Source: an uncultured virus (IMG/VR IMGVR_UViG_3300045911_000754)
Lineage: Duplodnaviria; Heunggongvirae; Uroviricota; Caudoviricetes
Length of the DNA stretch: 64,000 nt
Reading direction: 5' to 3' (one strand)
IMG/VR virus record: IMGVR_UViG_3300045911_000754
Made by a program: the position numbers and the translations under genes. Positions 36,380 through 45,476 of the stretch are shown piece by piece. The notes under the pieces were generated by a model. The model made no database searches, was not told the DNA's origin, and saw nothing but the letters and a program-made list of their open reading frames with translations. How positions within the stretch are numbered: the stretch's first letter is position 1; each line of letters starts with the position of its first letter.

Positions 36380-36949
36380 TTAAGGCTTGCGTCTAGGTTT
36401 TGAGCGGCGGGGACGATGCCATCCGCCAAGTACAGTACCATCTTGGGTGTAGTGGGCGATCGCGCTGGTCTCGATGCCGACGACCAACGCTGCCAACAAA
36501 GACCACCACGGGGTATAGCTAAGGGCAACGCTGACTAGGGCAATCACAGCGATCAATCTGCGCCAACGCCGAACAAAGACCGGGAGCAGAAAGGGGAGAG
36601 TCGCCATCAGGTAGAGCAGGCGGGTGGCGCTGCCCAGTAGGGGGGCGTGAGACCAGCGCGATCGATGACAGCCCACCAAGCGGGGATAGTGCATCCAGAC
36701 CCAGCCCAGCTTGGCAGAATGTTCCCAGCGCCACCAGGACTTGCAGCGGATCGTCCCGGCTAAGTCAAGATCAGGACTCAAGTACAGTCCGCCAAACAGG
36801 TGCGCTGTGATCGCGCTGATTCCGATTGCAACGATCGCTTGGGGTTCGGCGTTGCCCCACCAAGCCAAGCCCCCGCAGATGGCAGGGGCAATTGGGGTGG
36901 TCAGGTAGATCAGTCGGTCATGGCGATCGCCGTCTTGTGAGACAGACAT
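36380..36949 (-). CDS. DUF2227-like putative metal-binding membrane protein
   Basis: HDR, YLSPDLD, HRSRWSH.P.LGS..RLLY, C-terminal H..QD; several TM segments. Confidence 0.8.
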   Translation of the reverse strand: MSVSQDGDRHDRLIYLTTPIAPAICGGLAWWGNAEPQAIVAIGISAITAHLFGGLYLSPDLDLAGTIRCKSWWRWEHSAKLGWVWMHYPRLVGCHRSRWSHAPLLGSATRLLYLMATLPFLLPVFVRRWRRLIAVIALVSVALSYTPWWSLLAALVVGIETSAIAHYTQDGTVLGGWHRPRRSKPRRKP

Positions 36950-36970
36950 GGTTTCGTTGGGGTGAGGGAA

Positions 36971-38017
36971 TTACTGAACACGAGCCATCTCCACCGATTT
37001 CGGCAACGGGATGGGGGCGCGAGCGATTTCTCGCAGATCAGGGACGATCCACAACCGGGTTTGCCCCCCATTGATCAGGGCTACCGGGAGATCGCCCATC
37101 GCTTGAGCTTGGGCAATCACAAACTTGATTTGGCGCTTGATTTGTGCAACCTGCTCCCGATCTGCAAACAAGAAAGAATTGTTCAGGGCTCCAAACAAGC
37201 ATTCGTAGCCAACAGGAGTCCCCGTGTGAGTTTGCCGTTTTCCCAAGGCCACAATTCGGAAGTTACGGCGCCCGTCACTACTGAACCCAATTTCTTCACA
37301 ATTAGCGGACTGCCCTGAAAGGATCAGATAAACCCCGAGAGATCGCCCCATGAGCACAATGTATTGCAACATCTGGGTGATCTCTCCGCCGCGCTCATCG
37401 GGAACTTTGACTCGCTTTAACCCTCCCTTGCCATCGTCCTGTTCTTGCTCAATTTTGGGCAGTCGTTTCAGCAAGGAATAGAGAGCAAAGTATTCGTCGA
37501 TCACCAGGAATACAGGGGGCCAGTCCGAGGGCTGTCCTCCCGCCCGGATCGCCGACTTGTCAAAACGATTACGCCGGACAAAGACTCGGTAAACTCGGCT
37601 TACTTCTCGGTGCAATACATCCACCCAGGTCGTGTCGCTGGGGGATTCCGGCAAGTCGAGATAGGTAACGACGCGCTGCCCTTGGATCGTCGGCCAGCCA
37701 AAAAAATTGTCGTTCTTCGGTGTGACAATCGACCAAGCGCATTCTGGGAAATAAAGGCAAGCATCTGCAATCAAGGCTTGCAGAAAGGAGGTCTTGCCTG
37801 CTCCGGTTTTTGAGGCAAATAGGGTGTGCCCGGGAGACCGGGCTAGCTGAGCGATCGGGTTGCATTCCCCAACCGACTCTAGCCGGAGTCGATCAACCTG
37901 CACCTGCAGGGCCGTCAACAACTCAGGGTCGCCATTGGCAGCGCGGCGAATCTCCTCGGGGGTAACCCCGCTCTTCAAGGCCTGGGCGATCACGTCAGCG
38001 GAGCCATTCATAGTCAA
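36971..38017 (-). CDS. FtsK/SpoIIIE-HerA superfamily P-loop ATPase (TraB/coupling-protein-like)
   Basis: HTLFASKTGAGKT Walker A, IVTPK, VFLVIDE Walker B, MGRSLGVYLILSGQS arginine-finger/Q motif. Confidence 0.85.
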   Translation of the reverse strand: MTMNGSADVIAQALKSGVTPEEIRRAANGDPELLTALQVQVDRLRLESVGECNPIAQLARSPGHTLFASKTGAGKTSFLQALIADACLYFPECAWSIVTPKNDNFFGWPTIQGQRVVTYLDLPESPSDTTWVDVLHREVSRVYRVFVRRNRFDKSAIRAGGQPSDWPPVFLVIDEYFALYSLLKRLPKIEQEQDDGKGGLKRVKVPDERGGEITQMLQYIVLMGRSLGVYLILSGQSANCEEIGFSSDGRRNFRIVALGKRQTHTGTPVGYECLFGALNNSFLFADREQVAQIKRQIKFVIAQAQAMGDLPVALINGGQTRLWIVPDLREIARAPIPLPKSVEMARVQ

Positions 38018-38352
38018 CTAGCTCGTTGAGCGGTGGATTGCCGTTGCAAAGCAGCACACCTTAACTCCAATTCCAGACAGCGTCGATGAAGATGAAGCAG
38101 CCGTGCGTAATGAGGGGGGATTTTCTCGAACCGAGACCCCCAGCGCCTAATCGTGCGAGGACTTACATCGCACAGGCTGCCAAGATGACGCTCGATTAGG
38201 TCTTTTGTGTAGTTCTCCAGAAAACAGGGATCTCCCAGCAGCCAAGAGAAAAAACCGCCAACTGGATCAGGGGCGGGAGCGGCGCTGAATCGCCGACGGT
38301 GACTTTTGTACAGGCTTAGCTTATCTTTGTATAGGCTTAGCTTATCTTTCAT
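38014..38352 (-). CDS. HTH protein coupled to the ATPase
   Basis: LGSLCDVSPRTIRRWG, coiled-coil C-terminus; N-terminal KDKLSLY duplicated (21-bp tandem at 38305..38346). Confidence 0.6.
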   Translation of the reverse strand: MKDKLSLYKDKLSLYKSHRRRFSAAPAPDPVGGFFSWLLGDPCFLENYTKDLIERHLGSLCDVSPRTIRRWGSRFEKIPPHYARLLHLHRRCLELELRCAALQRQSTAQRAS

Positions 38353-38682
38353 GGCGGGCGGACTTTCTCAAAAACCTAGGCAAATTGCAGGACAAGGTGG
38401 CGACCAGCTCGGAAAATCAAATCACCCACCAAGGGAATCAGATGGTCGAGCGCGCCGCGAGCGATTCGTATGCTTTGGTTTTCACTGATAGGTGGATCCG
38501 CTAGCTTGTCGGAATTTGCCTTGAGCGGATGTCGGATAGACTGAAAAAGCTTACGGTTTCTTTAAGGGCTTCCCGTGAGCACAACGTATCAAGCAGTCAA
38601 TGCCCGGTGCGTTGTGTTGCAAATTCTAGCACTATAGTACACAAAATGCTAGGATTTTTACATAAATAGCAAGGGACTTTTT

Positions 38683-38949
38683 ATGGACGAAGAAAAAGAG
38701 TTGAAACCAGGGCGTTTCGCAGTGTCGGTTTCACCATTTGCGGGCAGCCAGATCCGCGACCTGTCTAACTTGATCGGTGTCACGCCTGGACGCCTGATTG
38801 GGCAATTGGTTGAAGCTCAGGTCGCCTCCCCATCTTTTGGAGCTTGGATGCGGCGGGCAAAGGCGTGGAGAGAGAGCGACCCAGAAAGCAAGAAACGGGC
38901 GACGGTTGTCCTTGCAGAAAACGATTGCTCCGAATTACACGTAGACTGA
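38683..38949 (+). CDS. Small putative regulator (RHH-like), divergent from ATPase operon
   Basis: RFAVSVS strand then helices IRDLSNLIGVTPGRLIGQLVE. Confidence 0.5.
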   Translation: MDEEKELKPGRFAVSVSPFAGSQIRDLSNLIGVTPGRLIGQLVEAQVASPSFGAWMRRAKAWRESDPESKKRATVVLAENDCSELHVD

Positions 38950-38980
38950 TTAAAAGAACAGCAACCGTTTCAACCCCGTT

Positions 38981-39018
38981 AGCGCGGCTAGGCACTAGCT
39001 AGTCGTGCTTGTTTTTTT
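38981..39018 (+). terminator. Terminator-like hairpin ending at the spike start codon
   Basis: agcgcggctag-gcactag-ctagtcgtgct followed by tgttttttt then ATG. Confidence 0.65.
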
Positions 39019-42000
39019 ATGTCCTCCTTTGATCGCATCACCCGTCCCACCCTACCCGAAGCCAGGGCCACCCATCTAGAAGAGGGATTTGTTTTTGGCG
39101 CAATTCCCTGTGAGATTGTTGATTTGGATGACCCCGAAAAGCTTGGACGGATCCGCGTCACCAGTAAACTTTTTAGCGAAAACCAGGTGTTGCCAAACAG
39201 CAACGACGGTTGGGCCTGGCCGATCGAGTTGACTACCGAGGGTAACACCACGGGTGGATCCTACCGATTACTGAGAAAAGGGGCGCAGGTAATCTGCCTG
39301 GCGATGTTGGGCGATATCAACAATCTGTTCTTGCTGGGCTGCGTAGTCAATCGCCAGGAGCCTCCTCACCCGGTGTTTGATCGGGAGAACGAAATTTATG
39401 GCAGTGCCACGCGCAATGGTGTGATCACCGCCAAGAACGACGCAAACCAAAGTCGTGTCGATGCCTATCCCCATGGCGTGACTCAACTGGTTGATGGCGC
39501 AGGTAATATTACCCAGACCACTGCCAATAGCGCTACCTTGAGCCTGCGGGAGGATGGCACGGCCAGCGTCCAGAATCCCCAAGGTTACACAACCCATAGC
39601 CCTGAAGGAGAGGTTGCTCAGGGTAACCAGGCTGGAGCTAAGCAGATAATTGACCCCAAGGGGCGGATTGACCTGACCAGCGCTGCCAAGTCCACGCTGA
39701 AGCTTGATGAGGCAGTGGGGCGGATCGAGGGCCCCCTTGATGAAATCAGCCAGCTTCTGCAAAAAGCCAAGGGGTTGATCGGCTCGATCGCCCCAGCCTT
39801 GGACAAATTCAATCAACTTGCCAAGGGGATTGGGTTGCCAGAATCCGGTGATTTCGTGGAGCAGGGATTCAAGGCGCTACGCAACCAACTTCAGGACTTG
39901 ACGGGCAAGTTAGGCGGGCTGCCTGAGGCGATCGAGGTGTTCGGCAAGTTGTCTAGTGCTAACCCGCTTCAGGTGGGGCAATTGCTGGGGCCGCAGCTAG
40001 ATGCGATTGCTCCGGTGCAATCTCTGATTCCTCTTACCCGTCAAGCTTTTGAGAGCCACGACCCCGTCACTGCCGTCGCTCAAATCTTGCCGCAGCTCCC
40101 GACGTCGCTTAAATCTCAGCTCACTCCTGAGGTGACTGAGCGGATTTTTGCGGAGGCGATTGCTCTGCAGCGCCAGCCTGATCGTCAAACCGAGTCGTTG
40201 ATCAGCTTGGCTTTGGGTGATCAATTTGAGGCGGTGCAGAACGTGTTTGGGTTGGGGCTGGGTGAGACCCTAGGGAAGATCCGCGAGATCTTGCCCGCCG
40301 CTGAGGCCCCCACGGATTTCATGGCGGGGCTTGAGCAATCGATCGCTAACGGACTGACGGCGGTGGATCCGGCTGGGGTGATCAGGACGACGCCAGTTAC
40401 TCCGGCTGCATCTCTTGGTGATGCCCTTGGGTTGGCGGGCGCGGGATCTGACGGCGCGGTGTTGGTGGGAGGCGGCAACAATGGGCCGATCACGCCACCA
40501 ACACGCGAGGAACGACTGGCCTCTTACGAGTCGGCCAACGCCGGGCCTCGGGAGCAGGGGATTTACTGGAATGACCCGGCAACGGTCAAGATTCCACTGG
40601 CGCGGGCCCTATACGACCGGCTCCCACCGGAGCAGCGATCAGAGTTTGCCCCCGACGATTTCGCGGTAGTTGGATCCGCGATCGGAGATATTGAGTTGTT
40701 TCAAGTGGCTGGGGCAACTGGGGAGGGGGCGGGAAGTGCGCCACAGCCCCTGATCAGTGATCTGCCTCAGTCTTTAGGATCTGCAATCTCAGATGCAGCG
40801 ATTTTGGCGGAATTTGAACCCCCTCCAGAGTTCAACCCGGAAATCTACCGCGCGGGTGGATCCAAGCTAGGATCAGCGATTCCGACTCCGCCAGTTGATC
40901 CAAACAGTCCATTCTATCGGGCACTGGACGACCCGGCCGCGGGGGCGGTGATTAAACCAGGGCAGGGCACGGTGGCGACGACGAAATCGCCAATCACTGC
41001 TAATCGCCCCAGCATCTTGCCCGCCGACGCACCCCCGATCGCTAAGCAATTAGAGCAGTTATTGCCGGACTTGATCCAGAACAACCTAAAGCCGGAGCAG
41101 CTACTGGCAGCGGCGACAGGACAGCTACCAATCAACGACCAGCTCCAGGGGCTGGTGGGGTTGGCCATGTCCTCCCTGTCAAGTAAATCCGTAGACACCT
41201 TGTCTAGGATCCAAGGCAACTTGGGAATGATTTCGCCTCTGACTCAGGCAATAGGGGCGATCGGCAAAGGGCAAACTTCTGAGGCGATCGCCGCTTTATC
41301 TCAGGTAACACAATTCTCAGGAGCGGGAAACCTAGCTCATCAGGTCATCGATGGCAAGCCCCTGGGAGATTGGCTAAGGGCGGGGCAGTTGCCTTCAGCT
41401 AACGCTATGGCCCAGGAGTTCCTCCCCAAGGCGATGGGGGCAATCAGTGGGTTAGTGAGCGGTGACCTGAACAAGATGCTGGGGCAATTCAACGGTCTGC
41501 TGAATGGACTCCCGATTGAGCACAAAGGGGCAGTCGTTGAAGTTCGCAAGCACGCGGCAGAAATCTTGACCGACTTGCGGGAACGCGGGGCCAAGATCCT
41601 GATCAAAAAAACGACGGGAGCGCTGATTGGCCCTCTGGGAAGAGCAGGGGTGTTCGCAGGGCTGGGCAAGGCTGGAATCAAAACCCCCTTTGGTGAACTA
41701 GGGTTGGGTGAGGCGGGGGGCGTCCTCAATACCCTGGGCAAAATGTCCATGCGATCGCTTGAGGGTCGTGCACCAGGACTGGGCGGCGCTGGACTTGAAC
41801 TAGCCCGAGGGGCGGCGTCACTATCCAGCTTCGCAGATGCTCAGGGCAAAACTAGGGATGCCGAGGTGACAGTAGCTGACGGCGCGATTCGCTTAGCAGC
41901 CAACAAAGGAATCTTCATCGGCGATGTTGACTTAATGGCGCTTGTTAACAGCTTGACCGAAAGGATCACTACACTGGAATCCTCTATCGCTGCACTACAA

Positions 42001-42030
42001 GCACAAGCCCCGCCATCAACAAATTCCTAA
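39019..42030 (+). CDS. Baseplate spike (gp5/gpV/VgrG-like OB-fold N-terminus), 1003 aa
   Basis: CEIVDLDDPEKLGRIRV...GWA...GG.Y...KGAQV....GD.N...LG.V; beta-strand repeats; C-terminal coiled coil. Confidence 0.85.
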   Translation: MSSFDRITRPTLPEARATHLEEGFVFGAIPCEIVDLDDPEKLGRIRVTSKLFSENQVLPNSNDGWAWPIELTTEGNTTGGSYRLLRKGAQVICLAMLGDINNLFLLGCVVNRQEPPHPVFDRENEIYGSATRNGVITAKNDANQSRVDAYPHGVTQLVDGAGNITQTTANSATLSLREDGTASVQNPQGYTTHSPEGEVAQGNQAGAKQIIDPKGRIDLTSAAKSTLKLDEAVGRIEGPLDEISQLLQKAKGLIGSIAPALDKFNQLAKGIGLPESGDFVEQGFKALRNQLQDLTGKLGGLPEAIEVFGKLSSANPLQVGQLLGPQLDAIAPVQSLIPLTRQAFESHDPVTAVAQILPQLPTSLKSQLTPEVTERIFAEAIALQRQPDRQTESLISLALGDQFEAVQNVFGLGLGETLGKIREILPAAEAPTDFMAGLEQSIANGLTAVDPAGVIRTTPVTPAASLGDALGLAGAGSDGAVLVGGGNNGPITPPTREERLASYESANAGPREQGIYWNDPATVKIPLARALYDRLPPEQRSEFAPDDFAVVGSAIGDIELFQVAGATGEGAGSAPQPLISDLPQSLGSAISDAAILAEFEPPPEFNPEIYRAGGSKLGSAIPTPPVDPNSPFYRALDDPAAGAVIKPGQGTVATTKSPITANRPSILPADAPPIAKQLEQLLPDLIQNNLKPEQLLAAATGQLPINDQLQGLVGLAMSSLSSKSVDTLSRIQGNLGMISPLTQAIGAIGKGQTSEAIAALSQVTQFSGAGNLAHQVIDGKPLGDWLRAGQLPSANAMAQEFLPKAMGAISGLVSGDLNKMLGQFNGLLNGLPIEHKGAVVEVRKHAAEILTDLRERGAKILIKKTTGALIGPLGRAGVFAGLGKAGIKTPFGELGLGEAGGVLNTLGKMSMRSLEGRAPGLGGAGLELARGAASLSSFADAQGKTRDAEVTVADGAIRLAANKGIFIGDVDLMALVNSLTERITTLESSIAALQAQAPPSTNS

Positions 42031-42101
42031 CAAAATAAGTCGGATTAGCATAAATTTATCTAGCCTGTTTTTGCCACAAAAACATTAATAACCCATTGAT
42101 T

Positions 42102-42137
42102 ATGACCCCAGAATTTAGCTTTCTTGGGGTTATTTTT
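42102..42137 (+). terminator. Terminator after spike gene
   Basis: atgaccccagaa ... ttcttggggttat-tttt. Confidence 0.65.
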
Positions 42138-42545
42138 GCCCCTGATGCACAGTAATTGCGTCCGTGTAACTACGGATATTCTGGATGGTTTACGACGGGT
42201 AAGGATATCAATCCCGCTTAGCCGCTTGACCCCCACCCCTTAATCGCCACCCCCAAAAAAACACCCCAATTTGCCGCCTGTTTTAGGGCTAAACATCCCA
42301 ACCTACCTGACTTGCCAGCAGGCCGCCTTCACGCCCCTGAAATCAGCCGCAAAACGCGCGAGCGCCATTAACTACCAAACCCCATCTCATGTCGATCCGT
42401 TGTTGAGATTTGATCGGCAGTTTTTTCTCGTCAACCACTTGACAGCATGCTCTGGTTGTGATATTCGCGCGCATGCACGCACACGCGCGCGTTTTTGGCC
42501 CGTAATAAATAAATACAAACAAGGACAAGCCGCCAAAAAGACGCC

Positions 42546-42900
42546 GACTAAATGTTGAAAATGACATTTACTCGGACTAAATGCGAGATGAACATTTAGT
42601 CGTGAAACCCTTGTTCCGCAAGAGTTTCAGGCGTTACCTATAAAGTAAATGCGAGATGAACATTTACTTCTGCCATCCGCTCGGTTCCACCTCCAGCCCG
42701 GGTTTCAAGCGGTCGCCGTTGCGCTCGTGAAGTAAATGCGAGATTGCGAACATTTAGTCTCGCTCTGGTGCAGCAACCGCCCGCGCCGTAAGGGTTTCAC
42801 CGATTGTCGAGTAAATGTTCGTTATCGTTAGGTTTTGCTTGTGGCTTGCTTTGAGCAGGGTGGATCACTCGCAAAAGTAAATGCGAGCTGATAAACATCG
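42546..42900. repeat. Cluster of palindromic sites (A[G/C]TAAATG-N9-12-CATTTA[C/G]T) in 1.1 kb non-coding region
   Basis: Full palindromes at 42546, 42575, 42643, 42730; partial at 42809, 42875. Confidence 0.9.
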
Positions 42901-43177
42901 GTGCAATTCAATCGGTGTGTTGGGACTGGGGGTGGGCAGGACTGATGGATCTGCTGGGGCGATTAAGCGTGTCATCTGTCTGTTCATCTGGTCACCCAAG
43001 GCGACCCCTCGTTGGTTAGCCTCCTTGCGTATTCAAGTGCCAAATGCTACAACCTGATTCCAGGATTTAGCTTCAAATAATCGCTTCGTTTTTTGTGTTG
43101 CAAGACTTGTTGATTTTAGTGTAATCATGCTAAGATTGTGATAAGTTTTTTATTGCTAAAAGGTAAGCTGATTGCCT

Positions 43178-43486
43178 ATGAATCGCCAGGCGTTGATCAG
43201 GGCAATTTACTACGACACAGATATTCCCCAGTCAGATATTGCCCGTGTCTTGGACTGCCTCCAGTGTTATTTGATCCATAGCCTGGTTCGGGGTATTCCG
43301 GTATCAATCCAAGGCTTTGGGCGATTTTATTTGCATTATTCTCCGTCGCGCGTGGGACGGAATTTTCGCACAGGTGATAAAATTCAAATCCCGGAGAGCA
43401 GGACTGTTCGTTTTCGTCCAGGGAGTCAACTGCGGCAATACCTGCGGCTCCCCCCAGGGACTCCGCTTTTTAACGAGGATTGGTGA
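43178..43486 (+). CDS. HU/IHF-family DNA-bending protein
   Basis: MNRQALI, VSIQGFGRF, RVGRNFRTGDKIQIP....V.FRPG..LR. Confidence 0.92.
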   Translation: MNRQALIRAIYYDTDIPQSDIARVLDCLQCYLIHSLVRGIPVSIQGFGRFYLHYSPSRVGRNFRTGDKIQIPESRTVRFRPGSQLRQYLRLPPGTPLFNEDW

Positions 43487-43561
43487 ACGAAGCTTGCGTT
43501 GATTTTCTGTAGCAGTTATGCTATAGACATTCGGCTTAGTCCAACAAAAATTTTTAAAGCC

Positions 43562-43598
43562 CAAAACGGGGGCACGCTATGAGTGCGTCCCCGTTTTG
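43562..43598 (+). terminator. Hairpin upstream of head operon
   Basis: caaaacgggggcac ... gtgcgtccccgttttg. Confidence 0.6.
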
Positions 43599-43616
43599 CA
43601 TTTGCAGGTATTTTGG

Positions 43617-45455
43617 ATGACAACAACTGACGACGTGCAAGCAGCCGGGCGATCAATTTCAGGGGCCAACGCTGATCGCCTCAAGATGGCCCACCAATCC
43701 CTGGTTTCTGGGGAGCAAATTTTGCGCCAGGTGTTGATGGAGTCTGGGTACTTGCCCTTGACTGCATCGTCTCACTACTCGTCCTTTGATCACCCCGCTC
43801 CAGTCGAGGCTGCGGCGCTTTCCTTGTCCGCTGAAACCCAGTTGCGGTTGTGGGTGGCGCGAGTTGACACCGCCCTTGCTTTGTGCTATCAGCGCCTGGC
43901 AACCAACGACCCCAATGACAGCGCGGCGGATACGATCGCCTCGACTCTCAACGCTTTGCGCGAGGCGATCGCTGACTTGCCGCCGCCTTCCGCTAGAGAT
44001 CGTGCCTGGTCGGGGCTGGATATCTATTACCGTGCCTCGGATTATGGCTGTCCCTGTGATGGACTAATTGAGGGCGTAGACCGTGAAGTCCGTTCATTCC
44101 GGTTGGTTACGGCGATTCGTTTTTTCCTAGACCTTTTCTTCCGTAGGCTGCACGACTTGACGGAGCCAGCGGAAGCGATGAGTCTTCTGATTGATGAGCT
44201 AGGCAAGGTTCTTTCGTCCCTTGATGCTCATCCAACTACCAACAACTCTGGGCTGGCTATCGAGAGCGAGATTGAGGTGGATCCTATGGAGTCTGAGGCG
44301 ATCGCCGTGGAGGCGTCCTCGGGGGAGTACGAAGCGGTCTGGGCTTTAACCCTGGCCGCCGCTGCCACCGCCGATCTCGAAGCTGTCGACGACGACGATG
44401 ATGCTGTGCCGATCGAGGGCGTGCTATTTCGAGTTGACGAACCTTCCGAATGCGCACCAATGGTGGGGCCACGCCTGCCCATGCTGATCACCTCCGACGT
44501 GGCTGCTGCTGCGATGAAACGAGTCTTAGGCTGTCCTTTGGATGCCGACGAGTCTTTGGAGTCCCATGGCGGCACTATCGTCGGCGCGATTACCGCTGGT
44601 GCTGTGGTTGGGAAAGATGCGGTGATTCGTGGGTTCCTGCACGGACACCACTTACCCCAAAAGGTTGCGGAGATCCGTGCCGCCGCCCGTGCGGGTGACC
44701 TGGGTATGTCAATGATTGGCTCTGTATCCTGGCATCGGGGTAAGGTAGGCGGACGGGACGTAGCCGTGGTTGATCGCCTCAAACTCAAGGGCGGCACAAT
44801 CCTTCGAGCATCCGCTGCCACCTACCAGAAAACCCGCGTCCGGCTACTGTCGGCGGTTGATCAAAACGGGCGGGCGCTGCCGGTGGCGGCCGCTGCGGAG
44901 GACGTGCCTTTGGTCGCCTCTGCAACCCCGGAAACATCGGACACCCCTACTATCCCTACTATTTCTAAACCTGATCCTATGTCCTCTCCGATTGAAGCCT
45001 CGGATCTGTCCACGATTGTTGAGGCGATCGCTGCTAAGTTGTTGCCCCCGATCGAGTCTTTGAATGATCGCCTTGTGGCCGTCGAAGCCAAGCAACGCGA
45101 GGCCGAAGCCCAGTCCGAAGCGGAGCGCCTCGCCGCCGAAGCAGCCAAAGCTGAAGCTGAGGCGATCGAGGCGATGGCCGGCAAAGTGATCGAGGCGATC
45201 AGTCCCACCCTTGACGAACGTATCCGGTCTGTGCTAAACGCAGGCCGCCCGGTTGCTGCCGCTCCTCGCCGTCTCACAACGTCCCCTCTGGTGCCTGGTA
45301 CTCCCACCCCCGTCGCTGCTAGTAGTGATGATCGCATAGCGGTGTTGACTGCCCAACTTGAGCGCACGCCGCCCCACAACCTCGCTGCTCGGTTTTCTCT
45401 TAAGCAGCAAATTGCCGATCTTCAGACAGCCGCCGCGATTGGCCAGTACCAGTAA
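43617..45455 (+). CDS. Prohead protease-scaffold fusion
   Basis: IEGVLFRVDEPS, H...IVGAIT, IRGFL, LGMS, GGTIL..AATYQKT protease core; EAEA-rich C-terminal scaffold; precedes capsid. Confidence 0.75.
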   Translation: MTTTDDVQAAGRSISGANADRLKMAHQSLVSGEQILRQVLMESGYLPLTASSHYSSFDHPAPVEAAALSLSAETQLRLWVARVDTALALCYQRLATNDPNDSAADTIASTLNALREAIADLPPPSARDRAWSGLDIYYRASDYGCPCDGLIEGVDREVRSFRLVTAIRFFLDLFFRRLHDLTEPAEAMSLLIDELGKVLSSLDAHPTTNNSGLAIESEIEVDPMESEAIAVEASSGEYEAVWALTLAAAATADLEAVDDDDDAVPIEGVLFRVDEPSECAPMVGPRLPMLITSDVAAAAMKRVLGCPLDADESLESHGGTIVGAITAGAVVGKDAVIRGFLHGHHLPQKVAEIRAAARAGDLGMSMIGSVSWHRGKVGGRDVAVVDRLKLKGGTILRASAATYQKTRVRLLSAVDQNGRALPVAAAAEDVPLVASATPETSDTPTIPTISKPDPMSSPIEASDLSTIVEAIAAKLLPPIESLNDRLVAVEAKQREAEAQSEAERLAAEAAKAEAEAIEAMAGKVIEAISPTLDERIRSVLNAGRPVAAAPRRLTTSPLVPGTPTPVAASSDDRIAVLTAQLERTPPHNLAARFSLKQQIADLQTAAAIGQYQ

Positions 45456-45476
45456 ACCCCACTTCAATCAAGACCC

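Noticed and set aside
36971..38017. Genome-packaging ATPase of a second, non-tailed virus
   Set aside because: No matching capsid or rolling-circle Rep recognised nearby; considered less likely but not excluded without searches
42546..42900. CRISPR mini-array
   Set aside because: Spacing is irregular (about 1 to 60 bp), repeats vary in length and centre, spacers share motifs, and no cas genes are present; better read as protein-binding sites
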